64,000 nt of DNA from Reyranella sp. (lineage in GTDB: Bacteria > Pseudomonadota > Alphaproteobacteria > Reyranellales > Reyranellaceae): positions 26,194-90,193 of the forward strand of contig NZ_JBFWZI010000007.1 in the NCBI RefSeq assembly GCF_050185545.1. The letters run 5' to 3'. How positions within the stretch are numbered: the first letter of the stretch is position 1; each line of letters begins with the position of its first letter. The position numbers were made by a program, and so were the translations under genes. A model generated the notes under the pieces. The model worked only from the letters and a program-made list of their open reading frames with translations, was not told the DNA's origin and searched no databases. Positions 39,122-52,583 of this stretch are shown piece after piece.

Positions 39122-40119
39122 GCGAGCTCCGGCACATTCCGGTGATGGTCCGCGAGGTCATCGAGGCGCTGCGGCCGCGCGCCGGCGGCCGCTATCTCGA
39201 CGGCACCTTCGGCGCCGGCGGCTACAGCGCGGCGATGCTCGACAGCGCCGCCTGCCAGGTCATCGCGCTCGATCGCGATCCCGATGCCATCGCCGCAGGC
39301 CAGGTGCTGGCCGAGCACTATGGCGAAAGGCTGCGCCTGATCGAAGGCCGCTTCGGTGACATGAGCGAGCTGCTCGCCGCCGAGGGCGTCGACGAGGTCG
39401 ACGGCGTGACGCTCGATCTCGGCGTGTCGTCGATGCAGCTCGACGAGGCCGGTCGCGGATTCTCTTTCCGTACCTCCGGGCCGCTCGACATGCGCATGGA
39501 GCGCAGCGGACCATCCGCCGCCGATCTGGTGAACGAGGCGGATGAAGCCGAGCTCGCCGACATCATCTGGCGCTATGGCGAGGAGCGGCGCAGCCGACGG
39601 GTCGCGCGGGCCATCGTCGAGGCGCGCCGGCACAAGCGGATCGAGACGACGGGCGAGTTGGCGGAGATCGTGCGGCGCGCGGTCGGGCCCCAGGGCAGGG
39701 ACGAGAGCGACCCGGCGACGCGCACTTTCCAGGCATTGCGCATCGCCGTGAACGACGAGCTGGGCGAGCTCGAGCGCGGTCTGCTCGCCGCCGGGCGTGT
39801 GCTGACGCCAGGCGGTCGTCTGGCGGTGGTCTCGTTCCATTCGCTCGAGGATCGCGCGGTCAAGGACTTCGTGCGCAGTCGAGCCGGCCGCGTGTCCGGT
39901 CCATCGCGGCACCTGCCGCCGGTCGAGAGCCGCGCCCCCGAGCTGCGCGACCTGACGCGCAAGCCGATGGTGCCGTCGCCGACCGAAATTGCCGCCAATC
40001 CGCGCGCCCGCTCGGCGCGGCTGCGGGTTGCCGAGAAGATTGCGACCGGTCCTGTCCAGGCCAATCCGATCGGGGCCGGACCGATCGGAGCCGGGCCGAT
40101 CGGAGCAGGTGCGGCATGA
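39118..40119 (+). CDS. rsmH: 16S rRNA m4C1402 methyltransferase
   Basis: [40 protein letters not shown] and NPRARSA. Confidence 0.96.
   Translation: MSELRHIPVMVREVIEALRPRAGGRYLDGTFGAGGYSAAMLDSAACQVIALDRDPDAIAAGQVLAEHYGERLRLIEGRFGDMSELLAAEGVDEVDGVTLDLGVSSMQLDEAGRGFSFRTSGPLDMRMERSGPSAADLVNEADEAELADIIWRYGEERRSRRVARAIVEARRHKRIETTGELAEIVRRAVGPQGRDESDPATRTFQALRIAVNDELGELERGLLAAGRVLTPGGRLAVVSFHSLEDRAVKDFVRSRAGRVSGPSRHLPPVESRAPELRDLTRKPMVPSPTEIAANPRARSARLRVAEKIATGPVQANPIGAGPIGAGPIGAGAA
40066..40110 (+). repeat. 15-bp tandem repeat x3 encoding (PIGAG)3 at the RsmH C-terminus
   Basis: CCGATCGGGGCCGGA / CCGATCGGAGCCGGG / CCGATCGGAGCAGGT. Confidence 0.85.
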
Positions 40120-40664
40120 TCCATCGCGGGCTCCTGTTCTGGTCGGTCGCTGCCGTCGCGACGGCGGTGGGCCTGTTCGCGGTCAAGTACAAGGTGCAGG
40201 ACCTCGAGGAGCGCATCGACCGCACCAATTACAAGATCATCGAGAGCCAGCAGGCGACGCACATCCTGCGCGTCGAATGGGCTCACCTGAACGAGGCCGA
40301 GCGCATCGAGCGACTGGCCGGCAAGTATCTCCAACTCGAGCAGGCCTCGATCAAGCAGGTCATCCGGCTCGAATCGAAAAAACCAGAATCTGTCCCCCCG
40401 CGGCGCGATCCACCATCTTCCCCCCCACGTACGGGCAACGACGTCCCCTCGTCGCCTTTGCCCGGTGGTGGTCGCTCCGCAGCGGAGGCCGGCAGCCCCT
40501 CGCCGGCCTCCGCACCCCCTCCCGGGCGTTCATCCGGACCCACGACGCCCCCTCGACCGGCCCCGATTCAAGAGCCGGCTACAGCGGGTCCGGTTGGCGA
40601 AGGCCAAAGCACCGTGACTTCCATCGATGAAATCCTCTCGAGAAACGAAGGGGGCCGTCGGTGA
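40116..40664 (+). CDS. ftsL: Cell division protein FtsL-like with Pro-rich C-terminal extension
   Basis: Single [10 protein letters not shown], coiled coil with LRVEWAHLN; located between rsmH and ftsI. Confidence 0.8.
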   Translation: MIHRGLLFWSVAAVATAVGLFAVKYKVQDLEERIDRTNYKIIESQQATHILRVEWAHLNEAERIERLAGKYLQLEQASIKQVIRLESKKPESVPPRRDPPSSPPRTGNDVPSSPLPGGGRSAAEAGSPSPASAPPPGRSSGPTTPPRPAPIQEPATAGPVGEGQSTVTSIDEILSRNEGGRR

Positions 40665-42526
40665 AGCTCTGGCGCAAGAAGGCCTCGCCCGACCCGGCCG
40701 CCGCGGCGAACGCGGCGGCCGGCACGCGTTATGGGTCGCCGCAGGATCGCCTGAAGGGTGACGTGCAGGAGACCGCCCGCCAGCGCCTCGTCGTCGCCTC
40801 GGCGATCTTTGCCGTGGTCTTTGTCGCGGTCGCGCTGCGCATGTCGTACGTGTCGATATTGCGCGACGGCGCCGAGCCGACGCAGCGTGTGGCCGCACGC
40901 GGCGGATCGATCCAGTCGGAGCGTGCCGACATCGTCGACCGCAACGGCGCGGTGCTGGCCACCTCGGTGCCGGTGATGTCGGCCTTCCTCAATCCGCGGC
41001 TGCTGATCGACCCACAGGATGCGGCGCGAAAGATCGTGAGCGCGCTCCCCGATCTCAAGTACCAGGAGGTGCTGGAGAAGCTCGACCCCGAGAAGACGTT
41101 CGTCTGGATCAAGCGCGGGATGAGCCCGCGCGAGCACGACCTGGTCAATCGGCTTGGCATCCCGGGGCTGGAGTTCCAGGCCGAGGAGCGGCGCATCTAT
41201 CCGCAGGGCACCGTGGCGGCGCACATCCTGGGCTATGCCAGCATCGACAACGCCGGACTGGCCGGAGTCGAACGCTACTTCGACCAGCAGCTTCAGAGCG
41301 GCGAGACCATCCAGCTCGCCATCGACCTGCGCCTGCAGCGCATGATCGAGCGCGAGATGGTCCGCGCGGTGCAGAAATTCTCGGCGATCGGCGCCACGGC
41401 AATCGTCATGGATGCGACCAACGGCGAGATTCTCGCCATGGCGTCCCTGCCGACATACGATCCCAACAGCGCCAAGACCATCACCAGCGAGGCGCTGTTC
41501 AACCGTGCCACGCTCGGCGTCTACGAGCAGGGGTCGACCTTCAAGATCTTCAACACGGCGATGGCGCTCGACACGGGCCGAGTCAACCTGACGACAGTCT
41601 ACGACGCGACCTCGCCGATCCGGATCGACCGCTTCACCATCAACGACGATCATCCGCAGCGCCGGCCGCTCAACGTCTCCGAACTCTTCAAGTTCTCGTC
41701 CAATATCGCGTCGGCCAAGATGGCCGTCGATATGGGTATCGAGACCCAACGGGCCTTCATGGACAAGATCGGGTTCCTGAAGCCGCTGCGCACCCAGCTC
41801 CCCGAGGTCGCCGCGCCGCTTTATCCGCGGCACTGGAAGACGATCAACGCCATGACGATCGCCTTCGGGCACGGCCTCTCGGTGACGCCGCTGCATCTGG
41901 CGAACGGCTCGGCGGCGGTGGTCAATGGCGGCATTCTCTACTCGCCGAGCCTGGTCAAGCGCACTGCCGCCAGCGAGCCGGGCCGCCGCATCATCCAGGC
42001 CAAGACGTCGACCTTGATGCGGCAGTTGCTGCGGCTCAATGCCGTCGAAGGCACTGGCAAGAAGTCCGACGTGCCGGGCTACGAGGTCGGGGGCAAGACC
42101 GGCACCGCCGAGAAGGCGTCGCGCGGCGGCTATCGCCAGAAGGCCCTGATCAGCACGTACGTCGGCATGTTCCCGATGAACGACCCCAAGTTCGTCGTGC
42201 TGGTCTCGCTCGACGAGCCCAAGGGCATCGCCGAGACCGGCGGCTACGCCACCGCCGGCATGGTGGCTGCACCGAGCGTCAAGGTCATCATCGAGAACAT
42301 CGTGGCGCTCTATGGCATTCTGCCGAGCGACCCGAAGGAGGGACAGCCGCCGATCGCAATCGCCTCGATGCCAATACCGTCGGCGTCTCTGCCGCAGCAA
42401 TTCGCACCGGTAAGCGCCCGTTATCGCGGTTCACAGGAACAACGCAAAGCCCTGCCCGTGCGGCCCGGCCCGAACCAGACGGCGGCCGCCCCCGCAGCGG
42501 GGGCGGGTCGCGTTGCTGCTGAGTGA
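40661..42526 (+). CDS. ftsI: Peptidoglycan D,D-transpeptidase FtsI (PBP3)
   Basis: RADIVDRNG, GSTFK (SxxK), SSN and GKTGTAEK. Confidence 0.95.
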   Translation: MKLWRKKASPDPAAAANAAAGTRYGSPQDRLKGDVQETARQRLVVASAIFAVVFVAVALRMSYVSILRDGAEPTQRVAARGGSIQSERADIVDRNGAVLATSVPVMSAFLNPRLLIDPQDAARKIVSALPDLKYQEVLEKLDPEKTFVWIKRGMSPREHDLVNRLGIPGLEFQAEERRIYPQGTVAAHILGYASIDNAGLAGVERYFDQQLQSGETIQLAIDLRLQRMIEREMVRAVQKFSAIGATAIVMDATNGEILAMASLPTYDPNSAKTITSEALFNRATLGVYEQGSTFKIFNTAMALDTGRVNLTTVYDATSPIRIDRFTINDDHPQRRPLNVSELFKFSSNIASAKMAVDMGIETQRAFMDKIGFLKPLRTQLPEVAAPLYPRHWKTINAMTIAFGHGLSVTPLHLANGSAAVVNGGILYSPSLVKRTAASEPGRRIIQAKTSTLMRQLLRLNAVEGTGKKSDVPGYEVGGKTGTAEKASRGGYRQKALISTYVGMFPMNDPKFVVLVSLDEPKGIAETGGYATAGMVAAPSVKVIIENIVALYGILPSDPKEGQPPIAIASMPIPSASLPQQFAPVSARYRGSQEQRKALPVRPGPNQTAAAPAAGAGRVAAE

Positions 42527-44039
42527 GCTCATGCGCGGCACCTCCGGGGTCGATGACGCCCGCGCGCCGAGCACATTGCCAGACCATGCCGACAAATCCG
42601 GCCTGCAGGGACAACCCGATCCCGATCTCGCCGGCCTGACCCTCGACTCGCGCAAGGCCAGGCCGGGCTACCTGTTCGCAGCTCTGGCGGGCTCGCATCA
42701 GGACGGAGCCGCCTATGTTTCCGACGCGGTGAGCCGGGGCGCGACAGCGATTCTCGCCGCGACCGATGCCGTCCTGCCGCCGCTCGATCCTGCCATCGTC
42801 GTCGTGCGCGACGCCAATCCACGCCGGCGGATCGCTCTGATGGCAGCTTCATTCGCCGGGTTGCAGCCGGCCACCATCGCGGCCGTCACCGGCACTAACG
42901 GCAAGTCCTCGACCGTGCACTTCGTGCGCCAGGTCTGGACGGCGCTCGGCCAGGCTGCAGCGAGCGTCGGCACGCTCGGCATCATGTCGCCGGGATTCAA
43001 GCGCGCGGCAGGACTGACCACGCCCGATCCGGTGCAGCTTCACGAGGATCTCGCGACCTTGGCGCGCGAAGGCGTCGATCATCTCGCAATCGAGGCGTCG
43101 AGCCATGGCCTCGACCAGCATCGCCTCGACGGACTGCGTCTGTCGGCGGCCGCCTTCACCAACCTGACGCACGAGCACCTCGACTATCATTCATCGATGG
43201 ACGCCTACTTCGCGGCCAAGGCGCGGCTGTTCGACGAGTTGCTGCCGGGCGGCGGAACCGCCATCGTCAATGCCGACAGCGATCGCGCCGCGGCGGTCGT
43301 CGAGATTTGCCGCCGCCGCGGCGTGCGGTGTTGGAGCTATGGCGTCGACGGCCGCGAGTTCCGCCTGCTCGGCGACGTGCCAGTGGCCACCGGCCAGCAT
43401 CTGACCCTCGAGGTGCTGGGCCGGCGGTTGGAGGTCGAGCTGCCGCTGGTGGGCGGTTTCCAGGCGTCGAATGCGCTTGCCGCGCTCGGCTTGGTGATTG
43501 CCACCGGCGGTGACGCGGAGCGCGCCGTTGCAGCGCTGGCGCGGCTCAGCGGTGCGCCGGGCCGTCTTCAGCTCGTCGCCCGGCATCGCTCGGGCGCGGC
43601 CGTGTATGTCGACTACGCCCACAAACCCGAAGCGCTCGCCACCGTGCTCGCCACAATGCGGCCCTTTGCCAAGGGGAAGCTGGTCGTCGTGTTTGGTTGC
43701 GGCGGCGATAGGGATCGGGCCAAGCGGCCTGTCATGGGTGAGATTGCCACGCGTCTCGCCGACCTTACTCTTGTCACCGACGACAATCCGCGCAGCGAGG
43801 CGCCGGAGGCGATCCGGGCCGAGATCGTCCGCGGCATCCCGGGTGATCGCCGGAACTGGATCGAGGTGAGAGACGGTCGCCACGTCGCCATCGAGCAGGC
43901 CATGTCGGCGCTATCCGCGCCCGACGATCTCCTGCTGATCGCCGGCAAGGGCCACGAGACCGGGCAGACGATCGCCGGCGTGACCCATCCGTTCGACGAT
44001 GCCGAGGTAGCGCGGGAGTTCGCGGAGGCGGTGACGTGA
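42513..44039 (+). CDS. murE: UDP-MurNAc-tripeptide synthetase MurE
   Basis: VTGTNGKS, LTTPD, EASSHGLDQ, VDYAHKP, GCGGDRD and DNPR (mDAP-type). Confidence 0.95.
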   Translation: MLLSELMRGTSGVDDARAPSTLPDHADKSGLQGQPDPDLAGLTLDSRKARPGYLFAALAGSHQDGAAYVSDAVSRGATAILAATDAVLPPLDPAIVVVRDANPRRRIALMAASFAGLQPATIAAVTGTNGKSSTVHFVRQVWTALGQAAASVGTLGIMSPGFKRAAGLTTPDPVQLHEDLATLAREGVDHLAIEASSHGLDQHRLDGLRLSAAAFTNLTHEHLDYHSSMDAYFAAKARLFDELLPGGGTAIVNADSDRAAAVVEICRRRGVRCWSYGVDGREFRLLGDVPVATGQHLTLEVLGRRLEVELPLVGGFQASNALAALGLVIATGGDAERAVAALARLSGAPGRLQLVARHRSGAAVYVDYAHKPEALATVLATMRPFAKGKLVVVFGCGGDRDRAKRPVMGEIATRLADLTLVTDDNPRSEAPEAIRAEIVRGIPGDRRNWIEVRDGRHVAIEQAMSALSAPDDLLLIAGKGHETGQTIAGVTHPFDDAEVAREFAEAVT

Positions 44040-45442
44040 GCGCGCTGTGGACCTCCGACGAGGTCGTGCGCGCCATTTCGCCGGTGGCGTTGACGGGGCC
44101 GTTCGAGGCGAGCGGCGTCACCTTCGACAGCCGCGCCGTGGCGCCGGGTGACCTTTTCTTTGCCCTCGCCGGCGAAACCACCGACGGCCATGCGTTCGTG
44201 GCCGACGCCTTGAAGCGCGGGGCGGCCGCCGCCGTGGTCTCGCGCGATGTCCCGGGCGCCGCAGGCAACCTCGTCCGTGTGCCCGACACGATGAAGGCGC
44301 TGGTCGACCTCGGGCGCGCCGGGCGGCAGCGCAGCACCGCGCGTATCGCCAGCGTCACCGGATCGGTCGGCAAGACCAGCACCAAGGATGCACTGCGCGT
44401 GCTCCTGTCGGCGCAGGCCCCGACGTCGGCCAGTGCGGCGAGCTTCAACAACCATGTCGGCGTCCCGGTCAGTCTCTGCCGTCTGCCGCGCGAGGCGCGC
44501 TATGGCGTGTTCGAGATCGGCATGAATCACGCCGGCGAGATCGAGCCGCTGGCCCGCCAGGTCGAGGCCCATGTCGGCGTGATCACCACGGTGGGGCCGG
44601 TCCATGTCGGCTATCTCGGCTCGGAAGAAGCGGTGGCCGACGAGAAGGCCTGCCTGTTCGCCGGCATGGCGGAGGGTGCGGCAGCGGTGCTCAATGCCGA
44701 CATTGTCCACTACGAGCGGCTGGCCGGACACGCGCGCCGCTTCGGCGTCTCGCGCATCGTGCGATTTGGACGCAGCGAGGCGGCCGAAGCGCGGCTTGTT
44801 TCGTGCTCGCTGCAGGATTCGGGAAGCGATGTTGTCGCGTTGATTCACGGCCGTCGCATCGAGTATCGCCTTGGTGCCGCGGGTGAACACTGGGTGCTGA
44901 ACAGTCTGGCTGTGCTGGCGGTCGTCGAGGCGCTCGGGGCCGACGTCGACACGGCGGCGTCCAAGCTCGCGACAGTCGGCGCGTCGCCCGGCCGTGGCGC
45001 GCGGCGCATGCTCAAGTTTGGCGGCGGCACGGTCGAGCTGCTCGACGAGAGCTACAACGCCAACCCGATGTCGGTGCGGGCGATGCTGGCGGTGCTGGCG
45101 CGGACCGAGCCTGTCGGAGCTGGGCGGCGCCTGCTGGCGATGGGCGACATGCGCGAGCTCGGCGAGGGGGCGGACGAGTACCACGGCGGGCTGGCTGACG
45201 CCGTCGCAGCGAGCGGGGCGGCCAAGGTCTTCCTCTGCGGGCCGCACATGGCGGCGCTGTGGCGGCGGCTGGCGCCCGGGCAGCGCGGCGTGCACCGGCC
45301 GGATTCGCAATCACTCGCCGGCGAGGTCGCGGCGGCGCTGCGGGAGGGGGACGTCATCGCGGTGAAGGGTTCGCTGGGCTCGAAAATGAAGGTCGTCGTG
45401 GATGCCATCCTGGCGGCCAGCGGTGGAGAGACGGGGCGCTAG
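44036..45442 (+). CDS. murF: UDP-MurNAc-pentapeptide synthetase MurF
   Basis: [34 protein letters not shown] and VKGS. Confidence 0.95.
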   Translation: MSALWTSDEVVRAISPVALTGPFEASGVTFDSRAVAPGDLFFALAGETTDGHAFVADALKRGAAAAVVSRDVPGAAGNLVRVPDTMKALVDLGRAGRQRSTARIASVTGSVGKTSTKDALRVLLSAQAPTSASAASFNNHVGVPVSLCRLPREARYGVFEIGMNHAGEIEPLARQVEAHVGVITTVGPVHVGYLGSEEAVADEKACLFAGMAEGAAAVLNADIVHYERLAGHARRFGVSRIVRFGRSEAAEARLVSCSLQDSGSDVVALIHGRRIEYRLGAAGEHWVLNSLAVLAVVEALGADVDTAASKLATVGASPGRGARRMLKFGGGTVELLDESYNANPMSVRAMLAVLARTEPVGAGRRLLAMGDMRELGEGADEYHGGLADAVAASGAAKVFLCGPHMAALWRRLAPGQRGVHRPDSQSLAGEVAAALREGDVIAVKGSLGSKMKVVVDAILAASGGETGR

Positions 45443-45443
45443 G

Positions 45444-46535
<1,092 letters not shown>

Positions 46536-46539
46536 CCGC

Positions 46540-47937
46540 ATGATCGATCTCGCCGTGCTCGAAGGGTTGTCGTTCGTCGTGCTGGGGCTGGCGCGCTCCG
46601 GCCTGGCGACGGTGCGCGCCCTGCAGGCGGCCGGCATCGACTGCATCGCCTGGGACGACAATGCCGTGTCGCGCGCCGTGGCGGAGAAGGCCGGCATGCC
46701 GGTGGCCGATCCGGCATCGATCGACTGGTCGCGCCGGACGGCGCTGATCATCAGCCCTGGCATTCCCAACCGGCTGCCCAAGCCGCATCCGGTGGCGAGC
46801 GCCGCCCGCGCGGCCGGCAAGCCGATCATCTGCGACATCGAACTCCTCGCCCGCGCCCAGCCGCAGGCGCGTTTCGTCGCCATCACCGGAACCAACGGCA
46901 AGTCGACGACGACGGCGCTGATCGGCCATATCCTCGGCCAGGCTGGCCTCGCCTGCGAAGTCGGCGGCAATATCGGCCGCGGCGCGCTCGATCTCGCGCC
47001 GCTCGGGGCGGGCGGAACCTACGTGCTGGAGATGTCGTCCTACCAGCTTGAGCTGCTGCAGACCTTCCGCGCCAACGCGGCGGTGTGGCTCAACATCACA
47101 CCGGACCATATCGACCGCCACGGCGATCTCGCCGGCTACATCGCCGCCAAGGAGCACATCTTCGACCGCCAGCAACCGGGCGACTGCGCCGTGATCGGCA
47201 TCGACGATGAGCCGTCGCGCGCCGTCTACCGCCGGATGGCGGCGCGCCCGGGCATTGCCGCGGTTCCGGTCGGCCTGGGAACGTCGAGAGGTGGCGTGTC
47301 GTTCAGCGCCGGCCGACTGGTCGATATCGACGGCCATGCCGCCGATTTCGCCGACGTGCCGACCCTGCCCGGCGATCACAATGCGCAGAATGCTGCCTGC
47401 GCCTGGGCAGTGTGCCGCTGGCTCGAGGTGCCGCGTGACAGGATTGCCGCCGGGCTCAGGAGCTATCCTGGGCTGCCGCATCGCCAGGAGCAGGTCGCAG
47501 AGGTCGGCGCCGTCATCTACGTCAATGACAGCAAGGCCACCAACGCCGACGCCACGGCGCGCGCCTTGTCGTCCTATCGCGACATCTACTGGATCCTGGG
47601 CGGGCAGGCGAAGGAGGGCGGCGTGGCGCCGCTGGCAGGCTACTTCGATCGCATCCGGCACGCCTTCCTGATCGGTGAGGCGACCGAGCTGTTCGCCGGC
47701 CAGCTTGAGGGCAAGCTTGCCTACAGTCGCTGCGGCGATCTGCAGTCGGCGCTCGAGGCGGCGCACGGGCAGGCGCAGCGCGACCGCGCGGCGCGAGGCG
47801 GCCGGCGCGGCGTCGTCCTTCTCTCGCCGGCCTGCGCTTCGTGGGATCAGTGGAAGAGCTATGAGCATCGTGGCGATGCGTTCCGCGCCATGGCTCGCGC
47901 CCTGCCGGGGGCGCGTCAGTTGGGGAGGGCGGCGTGA
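46540..47937 (+). CDS. murD: UDP-MurNAc-L-Ala:D-Glu ligase
   Basis: GLARSG, ITGTNGKSTT, EMSSYQL, NDSKATN and LLSPACASWDQ. Confidence 0.96.
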   Translation: MIDLAVLEGLSFVVLGLARSGLATVRALQAAGIDCIAWDDNAVSRAVAEKAGMPVADPASIDWSRRTALIISPGIPNRLPKPHPVASAARAAGKPIICDIELLARAQPQARFVAITGTNGKSTTTALIGHILGQAGLACEVGGNIGRGALDLAPLGAGGTYVLEMSSYQLELLQTFRANAAVWLNITPDHIDRHGDLAGYIAAKEHIFDRQQPGDCAVIGIDDEPSRAVYRRMAARPGIAAVPVGLGTSRGGVSFSAGRLVDIDGHAADFADVPTLPGDHNAQNAACAWAVCRWLEVPRDRIAAGLRSYPGLPHRQEQVAEVGAVIYVNDSKATNADATARALSSYRDIYWILGGQAKEGGVAPLAGYFDRIRHAFLIGEATELFAGQLEGKLAYSRCGDLQSALEAAHGQAQRDRAARGGRRGVVLLSPACASWDQWKSYEHRGDAFRAMARALPGARQLGRAA

Positions 47938-49061
47938 TTCAGGTACCCCGCGACGATCGCAGCGTCATCGGCCAGTGGTGGTGGACCGTCGATCGGTGGT
48001 CGCTCGGCGGCATCCTGGCGATCATGGCGTTCGGCGTGCTGCTGACTCTTGCCGCCTCGCCGCCGGCGGCCGAGCGCATCGGCGCCGACACCTTCGTTTT
48101 TGCCCGGCGTCAGTTCCTCTTCCTGCCGCTGGCGCTGGTGCTGATGCTGGCGATCTCGCTGGCCTCGCCGCGGCACATTCGCCGGTTGGCGCTGATGGTG
48201 TTCTGCGGCAGCATCGTGCTGCTCGCGGCGACCTTCGTCATCGGTGTCGAGATCAAGGGCGCGCGCCGCTGGATTTCGGTGCCCGGCCTGTCGACCTTGC
48301 AGCCCTCCGAGTTCGTCAAGCCCAGCCTGGCGGTGATCTCGGCGTGGCTGCTGGCGCAGAGTCGCGCCGAGCGCCGGGCGCCGGGCTACATCCTGTCGAC
48401 CCTGCTGGTCGGCGGGGTGCTCGCCCTGCTGGTGATGCAGCCCGATCTCGGCATGAGCGTCGTCGTCGCCATGGTGTGGGCCGTTCAGCTCTTCGTCGTC
48501 GGCCTGCCGGTGTGGATTGCCGCCATCGGCGCGATCGGCGGCGCCGCGTCGCTGGTCGGCGCCTACTTTGTCTTCCAGCACGTGCGCAGTCGCTTCGACC
48601 GTTTCCTCGATCCGTCGTCGGGCGACAACTACCAGGTCAACACCGCGCTCGAAGCCTTCATGAACGGCTCGCTGTTCGGCCGCGGACCGGGCGAGGGCAC
48701 GGTGAAAGCGCAGCTGCCCGACGCGCACACCGACTTCATCATGGCCGTCGCCGGCGAGGAATTCGGCCTGATCGTCTGCCTGATGATCCTTGCCCTGTTC
48801 GCCTTCGTGACCCTGCGGTCGCTGTCACGCGCCTCGAAGGAGACCAGCCTGTTCATAACCCTGGCCGCGACCGGCCTTGCCGTTCAGTTCGGTCTGCAGG
48901 CCGCCATCAACATGGCCTCGACGATTCAGCTGATTCCCGCCAAGGGCATGACGCTGCCTTTCGTCTCCTATGGCGGTTCGTCGGCGCTGGCGATGGCGAT
49001 CTGCATCGGCATGCTGCTGTCGCTGACGCGTGAGCACGCCGGCCTGCGCGAGGCGGTGTGA
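47934..49061 (+). CDS. ftsW: SEDS peptidoglycan glycosyltransferase FtsW
   Basis: [32 protein letters not shown] and PFVSYGGSS. Confidence 0.96.
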   Translation: MIQVPRDDRSVIGQWWWTVDRWSLGGILAIMAFGVLLTLAASPPAAERIGADTFVFARRQFLFLPLALVLMLAISLASPRHIRRLALMVFCGSIVLLAATFVIGVEIKGARRWISVPGLSTLQPSEFVKPSLAVISAWLLAQSRAERRAPGYILSTLLVGGVLALLVMQPDLGMSVVVAMVWAVQLFVVGLPVWIAAIGAIGGAASLVGAYFVFQHVRSRFDRFLDPSSGDNYQVNTALEAFMNGSLFGRGPGEGTVKAQLPDAHTDFIMAVAGEEFGLIVCLMILALFAFVTLRSLSRASKETSLFITLAATGLAVQFGLQAAINMASTIQLIPAKGMTLPFVSYGGSSALAMAICIGMLLSLTREHAGLREAV

Positions 49062-50185
49062 TGACGGAGCCGCGCCCTGTCGTCCTGGCGACCGGCGGCA
49101 CCGGTGGCCACGTGTTTCCGGCCGAGGCCTTGGCGGGCGAACTCGAGGCGCGCGGCGTGCCGTTCGCCCTGGTGACCGACGCACGCGGCCGTCAGTGGCA
49201 GGGGGCGCTGGCGCGCCGGCCGATCCACTATGTCCATTCGGCCAGCCCGACCGGCTCGCCGGTCCGTCGCGCGATAGCCGTGCTGTCGCTGGCACGCGGG
49301 CTGCTCGATGCCTGGTGGGCGCTCGGGCGCATCCATCCCTCGGCCGTGGTCGGCTTCGGCGGCTATGCCTCGGTGCCCACGATGATCGCCGCCCGCCTGC
49401 GCCGGCTGCCGGCCGTGCTGCACGAGCAGAACGCCGTGCTGGGCAAGGCCAACCGCCTGGTGCAGGGCGGCGCGGCGCGGGTGGCGACGTCGTTCAGCGC
49501 GACGCGCCATATCGGCGAGGGCGATCGGCGGGCGCGCCTGGTCGGCAACCCGGTGCGCGAGCCGGTGCGCGCGCTGCGCGGCTCGCCCTATCGTCCGCCC
49601 GGCGAGGGCCGCGTCATCGATCTCGTGGTGTTCGGCGGCAGCCAGGGGGCGGCTTCGTTCGGCAAGGTGGTACCCGATGCCTTGCTGTCTCTGCCCGCGG
49701 CGATCCGCCGACGGCTCCGCGTCGTCCAGCAGTGCCGGCCCGAGGATCTCGGCGCCGTGCGCGAACGCTACGGCAAGGCCGGCATGGTAGTCGAGCTGGC
49801 GCCGTTCTTCGCCGACCTGCCGCAGCGCATCGCCGCGGCGCACCTCGTGATCGGCCGTGCCGGCGCCTCGACGGTGGCCGAGCTGGCGACGATCGGACGA
49901 CCGGCGATCCTGGTGCCGTATCCCTACGCCGCCGACGATCATCAGACGGCCAACGCCCGTGCCTTCGCGGCGTGCGGTGCCTGCATGGTGATTGCCCACG
50001 CCGAGTTCACCGCGGAGGCTCTGGCCGGCCACCTGCTGGCCCTGTTCGGCCAGCCGCAGCGTCTCGCCCACATGGCGGCGGCGGCCCATGCCGCCGGCCG
50101 TCCCGACGCGGCGGCACGCCTGGCCGACGTGGTCGGCGATCTGATCTCCACTCCCGCCCTCTCACCGACAGGAGTCGCCGCATGA
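49061..50185 (+). CDS. murG: Lipid II GlcNAc transferase MurG
   Basis: [29 protein letters not shown] and RAGASTVAE. Confidence 0.96.
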   Translation: MTEPRPVVLATGGTGGHVFPAEALAGELEARGVPFALVTDARGRQWQGALARRPIHYVHSASPTGSPVRRAIAVLSLARGLLDAWWALGRIHPSAVVGFGGYASVPTMIAARLRRLPAVLHEQNAVLGKANRLVQGGAARVATSFSATRHIGEGDRRARLVGNPVREPVRALRGSPYRPPGEGRVIDLVVFGGSQGAASFGKVVPDALLSLPAAIRRRLRVVQQCRPEDLGAVRERYGKAGMVVELAPFFADLPQRIAAAHLVIGRAGASTVAELATIGRPAILVPYPYAADDHQTANARAFAACGACMVIAHAEFTAEALAGHLLALFGQPQRLAHMAAAAHAAGRPDAAARLADVVGDLISTPALSPTGVAA

Positions 50186-51645
50186 GGGCGATGCCGCTCG
50201 ATATCGGACTGATCCATTTCGTCGGCATTGGCGGCATCGGCATGTCCGGCATCGCCGAGGTGTTGCACAATCTCGGCTACAAGGTGCAAGGCAGCGACAT
50301 CGCCGAGGGCGCCAACACGCGTCGCCTGAACGGGCTCGGCATCAAGGTGGCGATCGGCCATCGCGCCGACAACATCGGCAATGCGCAGGTCGTGGTCGTG
50401 TCGAGTGCCGTCAAGAAGGACAATCCCGAGGTGCTCGCCGCGCGGGCGCGCCTGGTGCCGGTGGTGCGTCGTGCCGAGATGCTGGGCGAGCTGATGCGGC
50501 TCAAATGGTCGATTGCGGTCGGCGGCACGCACGGCAAGACCACCACGACGTCGATGGTGGCGGCGATGCTCGACGCCGGTGGCCTCGACCCGACGGTGAT
50601 CAACGGCGGCATCATCAACGCCTACGGCACCAACGCGAGGTTGGGCGACGGCGACTGGATGGTGGTCGAATCGGACGAATCTGACGGCTCGTTCCTGCGT
50701 CTGCCGGCCACCATCGCCGTCGTCACCAACGTCGACCCCGAGCATCTCGATCACTACGGCACGTTCGATGCATTGCGCGAGGCCTTCGTGCGCTTCGTCG
50801 AGAACATCCCCTTTTACGGCTTCGCCGTGCTGTGCTCCGACCATCCCGAGGTCCAGGCGCTGATCCCGCGCGTCGCCGATCGGCGTATCGTCACCTACGG
50901 CATCGGCGCCACTGCCGACGTTCGCGCCATCAACCTGCGGCTCGACCGCGCCGGCGCCGACTTCGACGTCATGGTGGAGAATCGCGCCACCAACGAATCG
51001 CGAGTCATTCCCGGCATGCGCCTGCCGATGTTCGGCCAGCACAACGTGCAGAATGCCCTGGCGGCGATCGCCGTTGCCCAGGAAATGGGACTGCCCGACG
51101 AGACCATCCGCCGCGCGCTCGGCTCGTTCGCCGGCGTCAAGCGGCGCTTCACCAAGACGGGCGAGGCGCACGGCATCACGGTGATCGACGACTACGGCCA
51201 CCACCCCGTGGAGATCGCCGCCGTGCTGCGCGCGGCCCGCCAGGCCTATGGCGGGTCGGGGCGCGTGATCGCGGTCATGCAGCCGCACCGCTACACGAGG
51301 CTCGCCTCGCTGAAGAACGAGTTCGCCACCTGCTTCGCCGATGCCGATAGTGTGCTGATTGCCGACGTCTATGCCGCCGGCGAGTCGCCGATCGAGGGCG
51401 TGACCCGCGACATGCTGGTGAACCTGGTACGCCAGGCCGGCCATCGCGAGGTCGCGCCGCTCGACGCACCGGGCGACCTGCCGGGCCTGATCTGGCAGAT
51501 GGCGCGACCGGGCGATGTCGTGGTCTGCCTGGGCGCCGGCAACATCACGGCGTGGGCGCACGCCTTGCCCGGCCAGATCCAGCAGATGGCTGCCGAGCAC
51601 GCCGGCCTGCGCAGCGTCGCCAACGACCAGGGATCGGCGGCATGA
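50182..51645 (+). CDS. murC: UDP-MurNAc:L-Ala ligase
   Basis: [37 protein letters not shown] and QPHRYTR. Confidence 0.97.
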   Translation: MRAMPLDIGLIHFVGIGGIGMSGIAEVLHNLGYKVQGSDIAEGANTRRLNGLGIKVAIGHRADNIGNAQVVVVSSAVKKDNPEVLAARARLVPVVRRAEMLGELMRLKWSIAVGGTHGKTTTTSMVAAMLDAGGLDPTVINGGIINAYGTNARLGDGDWMVVESDESDGSFLRLPATIAVVTNVDPEHLDHYGTFDALREAFVRFVENIPFYGFAVLCSDHPEVQALIPRVADRRIVTYGIGATADVRAINLRLDRAGADFDVMVENRATNESRVIPGMRLPMFGQHNVQNALAAIAVAQEMGLPDETIRRALGSFAGVKRRFTKTGEAHGITVIDDYGHHPVEIAAVLRAARQAYGGSGRVIAVMQPHRYTRLASLKNEFATCFADADSVLIADVYAAGESPIEGVTRDMLVNLVRQAGHREVAPLDAPGDLPGLIWQMARPGDVVVCLGAGNITAWAHALPGQIQQMAAEHAGLRSVANDQGSAA

Positions 51646-52583
51646 TGGCGCTGACCGCCAACCGTCCGCATCTCATCGACCGGCTGCCTAGGCCGCGCGG
51701 CAGGCTCGTCGCCGACGCGCCTTTGGGTCCCCAGACCTGGTTCAAGGCGGGCGGGCCGGCAGAGGTGCTGTTCCGGCCGACCGATCGTGACGACCTCGCA
51801 GGATTCCTGCAGGCGTTGGATGCCGACATTCCGGTCACCGTGCTCGGCGTCGGCTCGAATCTGCTGGTGCGCGACGGCGGCGTGAAAGGTGTCGTCATAC
51901 GCCTGGTGCGGGAGTTCACCCGCATCGCCGTCGACGGCACGGAGGTGGTGGCGGGCGCGGGGGCGCTCGACCTCAATGTCGCACTGACCGCGCGGGACCA
52001 TGCGCTGGCCGGCCTCGAGTTCCTGAGCGGCATCCCCGGTACGATCGGCGGCGCCGTGGCAATGAACGCCGGGGCCTACGACGGGGAACTCGCGCCGGTG
52101 CTGATCTCGGCCGAGGCCGTCGATCGTCGCGGCTTTATCCATCACCCGAATGCAGCGGCCCTGGGTATGACCTACCGCCACAGCAGCGCGCCGACCGACT
52201 GGATCTTCACCTCGGCACGCCTCGGGGCGACGCCAGGCGACCAGCTGGCGATCGCCCGCCGCATCGCCGAGATCGACACCGCGCGCCTCGACTCGCAGCC
52301 GCGCAGCCGCACCGGTGGCTCGACCTTCGTTAATCCGCCGGGCCGAAAGGCCTGGGAGCTGATCGATCAGGCGGGTTGCCGCGGGCTGCGGATGGGCCAG
52401 GCGAAGGTCTCTGAGAAGCACTGCAACTTCCTGATCAATCTCGGCGACGCGAGTGCCGCCGACCTCGAAGCTCTGGGAGAGGAAGTGCGCCGGCGCGTCC
52501 TCGACCACAGCGGAATCCAGCTCGAATGGGAGATCCGGCGCATCGGCGTTCCGGCCTCCGTCTCGACAGGAGCCCAAGCATGA
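51642..52583 (+). CDS. murB: UDP-N-acetylenolpyruvylglucosamine reductase
   Basis: [28 protein letters not shown] and HCNFLIN. Confidence 0.96.
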   Translation: MMALTANRPHLIDRLPRPRGRLVADAPLGPQTWFKAGGPAEVLFRPTDRDDLAGFLQALDADIPVTVLGVGSNLLVRDGGVKGVVIRLVREFTRIAVDGTEVVAGAGALDLNVALTARDHALAGLEFLSGIPGTIGGAVAMNAGAYDGELAPVLISAEAVDRRGFIHHPNAAALGMTYRHSSAPTDWIFTSARLGATPGDQLAIARRIAEIDTARLDSQPRSRTGGSTFVNPPGRKAWELIDQAGCRGLRMGQAKVSEKHCNFLINLGDASAADLEALGEEVRRRVLDHSGIQLEWEIRRIGVPASVSTGAQA

